From: Azolla caroliniana
Taxonomy: Eukaryota > Plantae > Polypodiophyta
DNA length: 64,000 nt
Assembly (NCBI GenBank): GCA_043228905.1
Contig: JBHGNT010000008.1
Span: forward strand, 22,258,001 to 22,322,000
Reading direction: 5' to 3'
Within the stretch, counting starts at the first letter, position 1; the number at the start of each line of letters is the position of its first letter. Shown here piece by piece: positions 38,701 to 51,595 of the stretch. The notes beneath the pieces are model-generated. The model searched no databases. It was not told the DNA's origin and saw nothing but the letters and a program-made list of their open reading frames with translations. Both the position numbers and the translations under genes were made by a program.

Positions 38701-41700
38701 TCATAGCTTAGAGAACAAAAGCATCATCAGCATCCTACCTCAAGTTTTAGAACATCAAAGAAGCCAATTTACTCCCCTGTTTGAAGAGCAAACCTTCTCT
38801 CTTTTTTTCTTAGAGAGGATCAACGCAGGATTTACTCCGAATGGAACTCTGGAGCTATAGCACACTGCATGGAGCCTTAAGAATTTGATATCTAAAGTCT
38901 AGTCCAGTTATATACTATGTTAAAGCTCTATCTTAAGAAATTTCTGCATGTACGCAACATATTTATCCACTACTTCTAAGCTAATTAGGTTGTGATTGTC
39001 ATCAAGAATTTTTGTTAATGGGCCCTATTCAAATTCACCGCAGAAAAAGGAATTTATGTAGGCAATAGTTCCCTCTGCCATCTTGACATCTCCCTCTCCT
39101 GTGTGATGACAAAGAAATCTTCCAGATTTTCAAAACTGTGGATGAATATGAAACTTGAGCATTTTCAAACCTATAAAATTAGGTTATAACTTTCTTAGAT
39201 ATTTTAAGGTTCATGAGGAAGGAGGCATATCCACGTTCACAGCAGAAAAAGGAGACTTGTATAGAACAATACATTTTCCAGATTACTAGAATTTCTCCTC
39301 TACATGTGTGAAAAGAAAGACACCTTCCAGATTATTAAAATTTCAAACAATCTCTATTAAACTTGGGCATTGTCAAAGCCAAGTAGAAAAGCATCCATAA
39401 TATCATATTGCTAGAATAGAACCTTGGCAGATCTCTTTTCCTCTTCTTCTAATCTCTCTAAGTGGCGAATGTGATCCTGGAAAACACATGATAAAGGAAA
39501 TATAAGTGGTGTAAAAGAGAGCATTAAGGTAAACTTGATTATTTGTTTGGGCATTTCTTAGCTACCTGAAAAACTTCTAGTCGGTCTATTTTTTCAAGAC
39601 GAGAGTATCTTTCATCATCTTCGAGTTTATCTACGACTTTTCGCCAATGAGTACTGACCTGAAGATCAATTGAACAATAGGTGACATATACCAAAAGAAT
39701 TTCATAGGATTACATTAGGAAACAGCAATACCTTTATAAAGTCACAAGTCTCCAGAAAGGATTTGTACTCGCTGAGATATTTTTTCCTATCCTCTCGGGC
39801 TTTTTCTTTTTCCTGGAATATAATAATTTCAGCCTGAATCGCGTAGTTCTCAAACTAAAATGTGATATCCAAGCATAGGAAAAAAGCAAGACATTTGACC
39901 ATATACCTTTTTCTCTAAGTCAAGAAGGTAATCATCAAATAGTTCAATTCGGTCTCTTTCTTTTTCAACAGCATCATATCTTGGGTCCTCTGCAAACAGT
40001 GTTGCAGCTTTACTGCATGAAGAATAATGTAATTATGTTTTGAATTAGCATAAGCTTCCTGAATAAGAATTCAGAAGTGGTGCCTCAGGGATTTGGGAAA
40101 GTAAAAGGCAAAAGGAAAATAGAATAGACCTCCATCTCATTGTTGAGGTTAGATCTTTTGATTCCTGTGAAGAGGGTTCATGAAATAAGCAAGCCAAAAC
40201 AAGACCATAGTATAGCTGAACCATGATTAGCATTTTATATGGCATACCTGTAGCATAACCAAAAAATCCTCCCTTGCTTTTTTCTGTTTGAGACGTTTTT
40301 CTTCAGCTTCTTGCTTCTTTCTTTGAGCCAAATACTGGCAACAATCATAACTGTAAGCTGAAATGTGCATAATATCTAATGATGTATTTGGCAAGTTAAA
40401 AGGAAGTGTAGAAACCTCATTAAAAGTTTGTTTGCGCTCTCCTAACGTCTTAAGGGCGCCATACCGTTTGTCGTTAATTATCACACGCATTGCCTAGAGA
40501 ACACCAGAATCATTTTATATAAAGTGGATGAATTGACCTTGTCAATTCTAACATATTTATTTGAAAAGACTGACTGAGAGTATGCAATCTTTTCATTGAA
40601 GAGAAAAACTTGCCTGTTCCCAGGTCCAGTCTGACTCAACATGCACAGCTTCAAGGAGCTCTTTGAAAGCATTTTTAGCTTCCTACAGAGAGAAGAAAAA
40701 GATACTTCAGAGTGTGTCTTTATGATGCTTATGTGCACATGTCAGCTACTACAGCAACAGATTAATACTTACTGTTTTGTTGGCATAGATCGGTTGCTCC
40801 TCAACTATAGAAACAGGTTTTTCTTCAATAGACACATTTATAGTTCCCATTGATGGCATTGACTTCTTTGCCTCCTTCATAAAGACCGATATTAACTATT
40901 TTAGTAACTAAAGAATGAAGGAAATATAGCAGAAACTGCATTTCACTAAAAATGCAATAGAATAAAATGCCTAGCTTTCAAATATACACTTGACTGTTGA
41001 CCATTACAGCTATAAGCATTCATCAAAATATAGCAAAATACAACAATTCACCTACCTCAATATCCTGAGGCGATATTTCCTCTGCTAGGTCTTTCTTTGG
41101 TAGATCCTTCTCTAGATCTGTTTTGCTATCCAACCTGCCAAGCATATTAATTACGGAAGCCAAATTTCACAAGAAAATTTTTGCATGCAAAGAAAATTTC
41201 CTTAACTTGTATATATTAATGTTAATATCACTAACATGAAAGTCTAAATATTAAACCTGACATGAAATCTTATTGTGCCTCATTACCAAGATTGAAAGAA
41301 AGAAAAACATATTGACATCTTTCAAGAACTCAAAATAGCTTATAAGACTGGACGAGAAATTACATTTTAAAATGGAAGACAATAAAACAGCACCTTTTGA
41401 TTTTTAACAAGAATTATTACTTAAAATTGAAACATTAATAAATTCGGGAGAACTTTCTCCTGCGCTAAGACATGGGGCATAAATACAGCCCATTTATCAG
41501 CTATACAATGTAGTGTAGTCAAGTTGAAAAGGTAATTATCATACACTGTAGCACTGGTATCCATGAATGTTGCAGCTGGCGGAGGAGGTGACAAAACAGC
41601 TTGTGGTGTTGTCCCTATCCCAGCTGTACTGTTTTCACCACTTGGCTTTGAAATTATGGATGGCAAAACATGGGGTGTAGCATTATCAGCTAAAGCTGGG

Positions 41701-44700
41701 CTTGAAGTTTTAGGTGATGGAGGTATGGCAGGTGATATTCCAGTTGTATTTGCACTCTCAGCTGCATATGTTGATGCAGGACTAGCACCACTTTCAGCTC
41801 TTTCTCGAGCTAGCTGAAAATCACGCAGCAAATGAAAATAGCACAGTAAACCAGAAATTGGATTCCAAATAACAAACTTCTTCTAGAAAGTGTACCTTCA
41901 TTTCTTCTGGCATTGTCCATTTAGACTGTTTGGTTAATTTGTTGTAATAATACCTAAATACAGTAAAAATACCAGGATTGGTTTCATACACAGAAAAATC
42001 ATTAATTAGAATTGAAAAAACTATTAGCTAGGTTCATACTTCCTCCCATCTGCACTTGCAAACTCTTTCCAAACCGTTGACGCATCAGCACGCTGCAAAA
42101 CAGCCGACAAAAATTAACACAAGATATATACACATAATACATGATTGAAAATCACGTAACAGACATTTGTTGCATGTTGTGTAGACTTTATCAACGCCTT
42201 CATCCATAGTGTGGACTAAGTTATGACCTTCCTATCACACTTAGACATGTAAAATAGTTACACAAAGATTTAAGCGTGCCGTCTATTAGCATCTGTAAAG
42301 TAACAGCAAGTACAGCCTGGGTGTGCGCCTAGTGATTCAGGCTCTTCCCTGTAACCCCTAATCCCTGATTCCCTTGACCTTCTGTACTACCCTGTTTGCC
42401 AAATCTCTCGACTCCCTTCCCTATTAAAAGTAGAGGAGAAAAGTCATGGTGCGTAGAAAAAAAACCCTTATGATGAACAACTATTCTGAGTTTCAATTAC
42501 TTCAACAAATACTGATGGGCATACTCAGTCAAGACTTGGGGAAAGGTCTGTCGTGGTTTTCCATTCATTTAGGGACAGATAGCACACTTGATAAACTCCC
42601 TTCTTAGAGACACCTACTATTACAGCCAAAGTATTCTCCTTGACCTCTAGTGCATATGAGAGACCTAATTCTCATACATCCAGTGATGAATAGCACTACT
42701 ATCCATTACATAGTCCATATGCACAGAATTGTTTCACTCTCCAATTACTTCAACAAATACTGATGGGCATACTCAGTCAAGACTTGGGGAAAGGTCTGTC
42801 GTGGTTTTCCATTCATTTAGGGACAGATAGCACACTTGATAAACTCCCTTCTTAGAGACACCTACTATTACAGCCAAAGTATTCTCCTTGACCTCTAGTG
42901 CATATGAGAGACCTAATTCTCATACATCCAGTGATGAATAGCACTACTATCCATTACATAGTCCATATGCACAGAATTGTTTCACTCTCCAATTACTTCA
43001 ACAAATACTGATGGGCATACTCAGTCAAGACTTGGGGAAAGGTCTGTCGTGGTTTTCCATTCATTTAGGGACAGATAGCACACTTGATAAACTCCCTTCT
43101 TAGAGACACCTACTATTACAGCCAAAGTATTCTCCTTGACCTCTAGTGCATATGAGAGACCTAATTCTCATACATCCAGTGATGAATAGCACTACTATCC
43201 ATTACATAGTCCATATGCACAGGATTGTTTCACTCTCCAATTACTTCAACAAATACTGATGGGCATACTCAGTCAAGACTTGGGGAAAGGTCTGTCGTGG
43301 TTTTCCATTCATTTAGGGACAGATAGCACACTTGATAAACTCCCTTCTTAGAGACACCTACTATTACAGCCAAAGTATTCTCCTTGACCTCTAGTGCATA
43401 TGAGAGACCTAATTCTCATACATCCAGTGATGAATAGCACTACTATCCATTACATAGTCCATATGCACAGAATTGTTTCACTCTCCAATTACTTCAACAA
43501 ATACTGATGGGCATACTCAGTCAAGACTTGGGGAAAGGTCTGTCGTGGTTTTCCATTCATTTAGGGACAGATAGCACACTTGATAAACTCCCTTCTTAGA
43601 GACACCTACTATTACAGCCAAAGTATTCTCCTTGACCTCTAGTGCATATGAGAGACCTAATTCTCATACATCCAGTGATGAATAGCACTACTATCCATTA
43701 CATAGTCCATATGCACAGAATTGTTTCACTCTCCAATTACTTCAACAAATACTGATGGGCATACTCAGTCAAGACTTGGGGAAAGGTCTGTCGTGGTTTT
43801 CCATTCATTTAGGGACAGATAGCACACTTGATAAACTCCCTTCTTAGAGACACCTACTATTACAGCCAAAGTATTCTCCTTGACCTCTAGTGCATATGAG
43901 AGACCTAATTCTCATACATCCAGTGATGAATAGCACTACTATCCATTACATAGTCCATATGCACAGGATTGTTTCACTCTCCAATTACTTCAACAAATAC
44001 TGATGGGCATACTCAGTCAAGACTTGGGGAAAGGTCTGTCGTGGTTTTCCATTCATTTAGGGACAGATAGCACACTTGATAAACTCCCTTCTTAGAGACA
44101 CCTACTATTACAGCCAAAGTATTCTCCTTGACCTCTAGTGCATATGAGAGACCTAATTCTCATACATCCAGTGATGAATAGCACTACTATCCATTACATA
44201 GTCCATATGCACAGGATTGTTTCACTCTCCAAAGTCAATTGGCCAGCTTTGTGGTCACGTTGTGCATTGCAAAAGAACAGAAGTGTCATTTCCATCATAC
44301 TCCGAGTTATTTCAGACGCTATACAGTGGCATTTTAGTCCTCATTCCAGACTCACTACTCTAGACTGTCAGTCATGTATAAGTTTCCTTGTTAACTCTAT
44401 ATGGAATTCTGTATGTCCTAGAGTCACTCAAAAACAGTGGCATAGTTTTTTATATCTTACTACATTAAAATACAGTGGCTATATATATTACACGCACACA
44501 TATATATGTATGTATACAGGGTTTTTGTGTGTGTGTATAGGCACGTACAAAATAATGTAAAAACGAATATGCAATACTTAAAGAGATGATGATCATACTT
44601 GTAGAATATGTATAATATGTATGCCACCAATTTTAAAAGTATTCTATTCTTTTTTTAATACTTATAATATGTATTCTAAAGTTAAATTCATTAATGCATA

Positions 44701-47700
44701 GAATACATGTCAAATACATTAAATACTTATAGTTGTAAAGCATCCAATAATTGTTTTTGTGGAAATATTAAATACATAGAATACATAAAATATGTAGAGT
44801 ACTTGGAATATGTGAAACATTTAAATTGATAGTTCTAAAACATTCAATACACGTTGAATACTTCATAGTATTCTAAAATTTATTCTATACATAACATGCA
44901 CATTTTTAACTACACTTTGTACTATGTTGTGTTTGTACTATGTCTTGTGTGCAGGTTAATGATCCCAAGAAGGATGTAAGAGTGGTTTAAAAGTGAAAAT
45001 TATAAAAAAATAATTCCTTTTCACGGTGGATAACTTTTTAAAGATATTAAAAAAGTGTTGGCTACTAGATATAACCCATTTATGCTAGTGTATGGCTTCT
45101 AAATACATCCATGCCAATGTTGAACCAAAATCATTGATTGATAGTAGACTTCACACAATTAAGGCACAATCCTTGGTTGAAATTCTACAAAATATGGAAA
45201 AAATGCGTGTGATTGTTCAAGAATTCATAAAACATGCACAAGATTGTGTCACGTTCTGTAAAAAGTTTGACCACAACTATTCCATAGAGAGATGTATGTT
45301 ATGTTTGCCTTCACAAATGATTTTCCTAATGTTACGAGACAGCAATTAAAAATAAGAAGAGCCATATATTTCATCCCTGAATGTCAGGATGGGCGCTAAT
45401 AATATAAAGGCGTGTAATAACTTTTAGTACGTTAATATATTCTTAATTGAGGGAAGTTAAGTAACCCTAAGCTCTCATTTTCATTATCAAGCAATCAACA
45501 CTCCTGGACTGTAGCTCTTGGACATCTTGCTCTGAAACTTGTTAGGTCAATGGGTCTAGAGTAGTGACAGGGGAGTGGGTCTAGAGTAGTGACCCACTCC
45601 CCTGTCAGAAGTCCCAACCTACTATCTATATTGCATTTATGGCTTGTCCTATAGCTTGTGTGCAGGTTGAAGATCTCAGGAGGGAAGTAAAAGAAAATGT
45701 TGTATTGAAGTAGCTGATTATTTAGTACATCAGTACGTCTGTATGTTATCTTTCAAGTTGCCCATTTCAATATTTCCACAAATCTTAGATGGATGTTTGA
45801 AAGTTCAGTCTTCTAGTGAGAGATCATTAGTGGATGCTGGAACCGCATGTAGTGTCTTCAAGATCTGAAGTAGAACTGTTCTGCTACCTTCTCAACTATT
45901 CCACTTTGACTACGTGCACATTCGAAAATTGTCAAATGAAATTTATATTGCCACTTGCTAATTAATGAATCTTAATAAAGGATATTATCTGTTAGGGAAA
46001 AGGAATCATGTATCTAAGAAGTAATATAACTTAAAATTCACATCTCTATGATATACATTATTGCCTCACCTCTAAAGGGGTCATCAGATCCATGGGTTTT
46101 TCCCAACTTGAGACCTTGGTCTTTTTGTTGTAATAGTACCTACATCGAGACAATAGAAATTACATAAACTTACACATTACAAACAGAAAAACCTAGACTG
46201 CTAATGAGTACCTCCTTCCATCAGGAGCAGAATGTTCCTGCCAATCTGAAGAGCTTGCAGGAGGTGACCTTGCTGCAGTGGCTGTAGAGCCCTATAGTAG
46301 ACAGGCAGTTAGATACATGAATGGTTGAAACAAAAATGACAGAATTTTTCACATTCAGCAGAAAAATATTTCTTACTAATGCTGAATTCGTTGTAAGGTT
46401 TTGTTGAGCTATTTGAGAGACTGAAGGAGAACCAGAGATGTTTGCCTGGCTAGTCATTCCCAGCCAAGGCTGGGATCCAGATTGCGTTCCTTGAAATTGC
46501 TGAGGTAGTAGTGGTGGTGATGGTTGAAATGGGGTTGAGGTCACCCCCAAATTGGATTGGGGGTAAGGAGCAGACGAAGAAAACTAAACACATCAAGAAA
46601 AGCAAGATATATGACCCTGTTTCTAAATCAGCATCCTCACTGAAGACTAGAGGAATGTTATTAGAAGAAATATGTCTTACCTGAAAAGATGGAGGTCCAT
46701 TTGGAGGCGGTATTCCCATTGATTGCACACCAGGTCTTTGCTGCTGACTGTAATTCGGGGGTGGACCAGACTGTAAAGGGTGATTTGGCTGCCCGATTTG
46801 TGAATATTGTGGACCCATGTTTGGGCCAGGTGGTCCAGCACTTGGGCGAAACTGTGGCTGTAAAAACTGTGGTCCTAATTGCCCACCTGCTGAGGATCTC
46901 AACTGCAATGGCTAAAGGAATGTCATACACTACACATATGAAAACTAGATAATGGCACAAAAAAGCAGAAATTAATGCATATGAATAAGAAAAGTTTCAG
47001 GTATAAAATGCGCTGCAGAGGAACTGAACTGAAATGGTTAAAAGAACATCATATAATATGTGAAAGACAACTGATTGCATAAGGCAGCAGAAATTAAAAG
47101 TGAATGAATACAGATCCTCAAATTGTAATGTGAACAGTTGAGGATCTGAACTGAAATGCTAAAAATGCAATATACAGTAGCTGGGATTAATGCAGAATAT
47201 AGAGCGAGTTGGATGTGAATGACTGATAATGAACTGAACTGTAAACTTAAAAGAACAGCCTTTATTATGCAAATGGAAGTTACACTAATGCACAATAATC
47301 CCACAAATTGGATAATCCTAAGACATAAACGAACTGGTGAGGGTCTAACCAATATGGCTCAAAGGACATCACATAATATATGCATATTAAAACTACAATA
47401 AAGCATAAATTAGATGTGAATGCGTAGAGAAGGTTAATGCATAAATTAATTGAGAAAAATAGAATTTCAAATTTGCGTGACAGAACATTATTTACCCCTG
47501 GTCCTGTGGAAGTGTTGGTCGCAGATGGAGGGCCAGGTTGTGCACCAGAACCTAAACAATAAAATCCAACAACAGGTTCACTAAATTGTAGCACAGTATA
47601 TGATCCCTACTGAATTTTAAACAGTATCTGCAGCAATTAGATTTGAAAGTAAGCATTATGCAGTATTGTGTTTTCAACATTTGGGTTGTGCAGTGTGAAT

Positions 47701-48607
47701 TTTGAAAAAATGTCTTTGGAGAAATTATCAGTTTCTGTACTGTTCGATGAGACAATGTCCATGAAGGATCAGCGCAATGATCAAATTTTTGAAATATATC
47801 CCAAATCATAATGAACTTATAAAGTTTTAACCCGTGATCTCAAGACTATGAACCCCATAACTTATAGCAATTTTATTAACAATTATAAATAATTTACTAC
47901 TTCGTCGGCAAGACCTTCATAGATTTGCAAATCTACAATGCATGTCTTTGTGCATATGTGTGCATTGGCCCTTTGTAAAAATTGTAAAAGGCAATGTTTC
48001 TCAAATTGTATTAATGAACCATTCCTCCACACCAAATGATTTATCTGTTGCTAAAAGTGAATGAGTATGAATTATCACAAATCAGTATCTGTATACGTTA
48101 GTCTGATGCATAAATTGTAAAGAAAGTGCTTTCACAACTATAAACAATCTACCCCCCATCATCAAGAAATGTAAAGGTTAATATATCAGTTTTTGTATGC
48201 ATATCCAAAAATCAGTGCGTAGGCATATATAGATCAGTTCAATGTGCACACAGTAAAGTAAATGCTTTTAAGTTGTGATTTAACGTGTAAAGTGCATGTA
48301 ATTGGTCATCCTTGATACCTTCAGAAAATTTGCTCAATGTCTAAATCGTAAGGTCACTCTTCCGAGTTATAATTTAGTATGTAGTTCGTTGCTTTTGCTT
48401 TTGTTCTTGCTCTTGTTTTTCTGTTTTTGTTTTTTCTTTTATGAATATGGGAAAGAAAGGTAAAAAAGAAGAAGACGAAACAGAAACTAAAACCCAAAAT
48501 AAAATGCTTGAAAGGAAGAGAACGGAAGAACCTGTCATCCACGAAGGAAGAGTCATTCCACGACCACGTCCAGCACCCATGTCTGGAGGAGGAGGAAGCC
48601 CCGCCAT
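32800..48607 (-). CDS. PRP40: Pre-mRNA-processing protein 40 (PRP40A/B-like): Pro/Gln-rich N-terminus, 2 WW domains, FF repeats, R/E/K/S-rich tail
   Basis: First exons 48607-48532, 47551-47496, 46911-46681, 46583-46377, 46291-46212. WW1 [24 protein letters not shown]; WW2 [24 protein letters not shown]; FF '[31 protein letters not shown]'. Last exons 33607-32999 and 32925-32800 end [14 protein letters not shown]. The N-terminal exons are less certain than the domain exons. Confidence 0.92.
33581..34590. repeat. ~500-bp tandem duplication spanning a PRP40 intron/exon boundary
   Basis: 33581-34070 is highly similar to 34086-34590. Confidence 0.9.
35033..35248. repeat. Diverged 2x108-bp tandem duplication (PRP40 intron)
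   Basis: Units start at 35033 and 35141. Confidence 0.85.
42494..44229. repeat. 7x248-bp near-identical tandem array in the PRP40 intron between the WW1 and WW2 exons
   Basis: Units start at 42494, 42742, 42990, 43238, 43486, 43734 and 43982; only one variable site was noticed. Confidence 0.97.
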
Positions 48608-48785
48608 AGCGTAAAACCCTGGGAAAATACAGAGGAAGATCGAAGGAAGAGAGACTCTCTCTGTGTTTATGTGTATTGAAGAAGTAGTTTGCTTGCAGAG
48701 AGAGAGAGAGAGAGAGGGAGAGCAGACTGCAATAGTGTTGTTCTGGTCTTGTTGAGCTAAAAATACTTGTTGCTTCCCTTACGAT

Positions 48786-49037
<252 letters not shown>

Positions 49038-49796
49038 TACGAGCATGTGAACCTATACACAATATGTGTTTGTGTAGATGTATGTCTATGTCTATGTCTA
49101 TGTGTATAAGTGAACTTTGTCCTTGTCTCTCTTACCTCCTAGTGGATTGGTACTAAATGAGAGTGGTAAGCCAGTAATAGCCAAAGGAGAGAGTGGCAGT
49201 GAGTAATAGCCAAAGGAGAGAGCGGCAGTCAAGCTTGTTGAATTTTCTAAAAGCTGAGAAGTAGTAGTAGCAGTTTGGGGGTTTCCTAATGTTGGGGGTT
49301 TCCAAGCATTAGGGTAAAGATTTGTGAAATAAGTAAAGAGGAAGAAGAGAAATTAGAGTTTTGGTGTTTGAGACAAAGTAAAAGAGGAATATAAATGTAT
49401 GAATAAATGTTTTTTTGTTCAACGAAACATCGATCGCCAACCACATTGTTGCTACTTCCACCATTGCTTTTATAATAGTCATCATCCCCACAATTATCAT
49501 ATGCATCGTAGAAGTTGTTGCTTCATCCACATTCTTGGATTAATTTTGACAAGATCTAAGTAAATAGTATAATTTCAGATGATCTAGGTCATATTAAATT
49601 AGAGGTGTGAGAGAGGCAAAAATATCACATGACATCAAGGTAGTTCATCAAAATTTTCACGCCTCATTACGTGACATCTATGTTATGCAAAAAGAGAAAG
49701 GAAGTTTTTCTTAGGCGAAAGGAAGCAAGTGGTTGAAACAAAATCTCGAAGAAAACATTGCAAATGCCAAGAGCTCATGACATGTAAATTACCAAT

Positions 49797-50254
49797 TGTA
49801 AAGAATCGGTATGATTCTTGTACACCGAAAGAGATGTGTGTTATGTGTATGTATGAGAGGAAAGAGAGGAGAGGAGAAAAACACAAGATAGATAAATAGA
49901 ATGAAAAATAGAATACTCAAGAAGAAGGTGTATATTAACAAGGAGAATAACAAATACAAAATGTAGCATTACAAGGAGTCACAATTGACACTCAATGAAG
50001 TAGGAGATGGGTGCTTTATATAAGGTCACCTTCTCTTTTCATTAACTCACTACAACAACTACTCTCTCTTGGGGAATGTGAAGACTCATAATAATGGGGA
50101 ATATAGAACTCATTAGTTATGTGTCATAGAATATTATTCTATGACACATAGTTAATGTGTAGAGAGTAGTGGTGTGACTCTTGACCTTTGAGTGATCATA
50201 GATTCTCAAAGGGGGTGTTCACACATTGCACTAGGTTGAGCTTGATTCTCAACA
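49797..50254 (-). mobile_element. Solo LTR of the element B family
   Basis: Reverse complement of 2139-2591 with divergence; TSD CCAAT/CCAAC. Confidence 0.9.
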
Positions 50255-51544
50255 CCAACTAGAATATTAAAAGTTTTAGCATAGAATTGCTAGATCCATT
50301 AATAGATTATGTGTCTAATGTGACGATTTTATTCTTTCATGAAAAGATGCCTACTATTAGCGATGTAGCTCAACAGACAAATAGGTAAAATTAGGAGAGG
50401 AGCAATAGATCGATTGATATGAAAGCTAAGCTTCAGAGTTAGATGTAGACTTAAAAGAATATGGAGAAAGAAGAACCTGACGATAGAAAGAAATAACAAG
50501 AAAAGAGAAAAGCTAAAGAGAGAGGGCAGGGGAGCAATTTAAAAAAGAAAAGAAAAAGAAGATTCAAGGCATGACCCAAAATTCCAAAAACCTAAGGGGT
50601 ACAACATACAAAATTTCGGAGGGTAGAAGAGAAATTTTATATAAAATTTTAAAAACTTGAGGGGTACAACATACAATTTCGGAAACTCAAGGGTACAATA
50701 TCTCATCACTACTCATACTATGGAAGAAAAACATACCTATATCTATATCTATACACACACACACACACACACACACAAATACAATCATTGTTAAACCTAA
50801 ATGACTTTACCACAGTAGATAAGCTTATTCATGTGTGATCCAATCGTGCAATCATGTTGACGGAACGAGAAGGTTCGTGTCAAGGCAGCTCCGATCGAAG
50901 CTATCGATCGTAGAGCAATAATCCAGTTGGGGGATTTTCGACCATGAGAGAAGAGAAGACCGATGGAGTTCCGGTCAACAAGAGTTTTGGCATGGGCTTG
51001 TGGGTTCAACGTGCAATGCATTGTCCCACAGGCGTGCCAAGTGTTACCAGTCTAGGTGTACGGGAGGGTTAAGGTGTAATGTGTATGGTGTGTAAAGTCT
51101 AAGGTGTGTAATGTGTAATATGAATGAGTGTGTGAGGATGAGGATGTGTATGGACACATGCACAATTATATGCATGTGTACAAGAATGCGTAACAGTCTT
51201 ATTTATAACGGTCATGTAACCATTACATTGGATGTATTATATAAACCCCTTATGGGCATGTAATTAAGATATCTTTTTCTCCTCTCATTTTTGTGTCATT
51301 TCTGATTTTCAGTCTCCTTTTCTCTCTCTCTCTCTCTCTCCCCCTATCGTAACCCCCTTGGGAGGGGGGTGAAGCCATGTAATGAAGATATCTTTTTCCC
51401 CTCTCATTTTTGGGTCATTTCTGATTTTCACTGTCTCTCTCTCTCTCTCTCCCTCTCTCTTTCCGTAAATAATGGCTTTCGTTATGAAAGTAAAAAACAC
51501 CACCATGACTAACTTACTACAAAGTATAGAACCCTTCTATCAAG

Positions 51545-51589
<45 letters not shown>

Positions 51590-51595
<6 letters not shown>

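Noticed and set aside
38739-38854. Possible poison cassette exon in a PRP40 intron (AG..GTAGG, stop in frame)
   Set aside because: Weak acceptor context; such pairs arise by chance, and there is no transcript or conservation evidence.
42470-44010. C/D-box snoRNA-like pairs (GTGATGA..CTGA) repeated in the 248-bp array
   Set aside because: The pair forms only across unit junctions, lies antisense to the host gene and has no convincing rRNA guide next to the D box.
42494-44229. CRISPR-like array
   Set aside because: Long identical units with no unique spacers, no cas genes, and a eukaryotic intron context.
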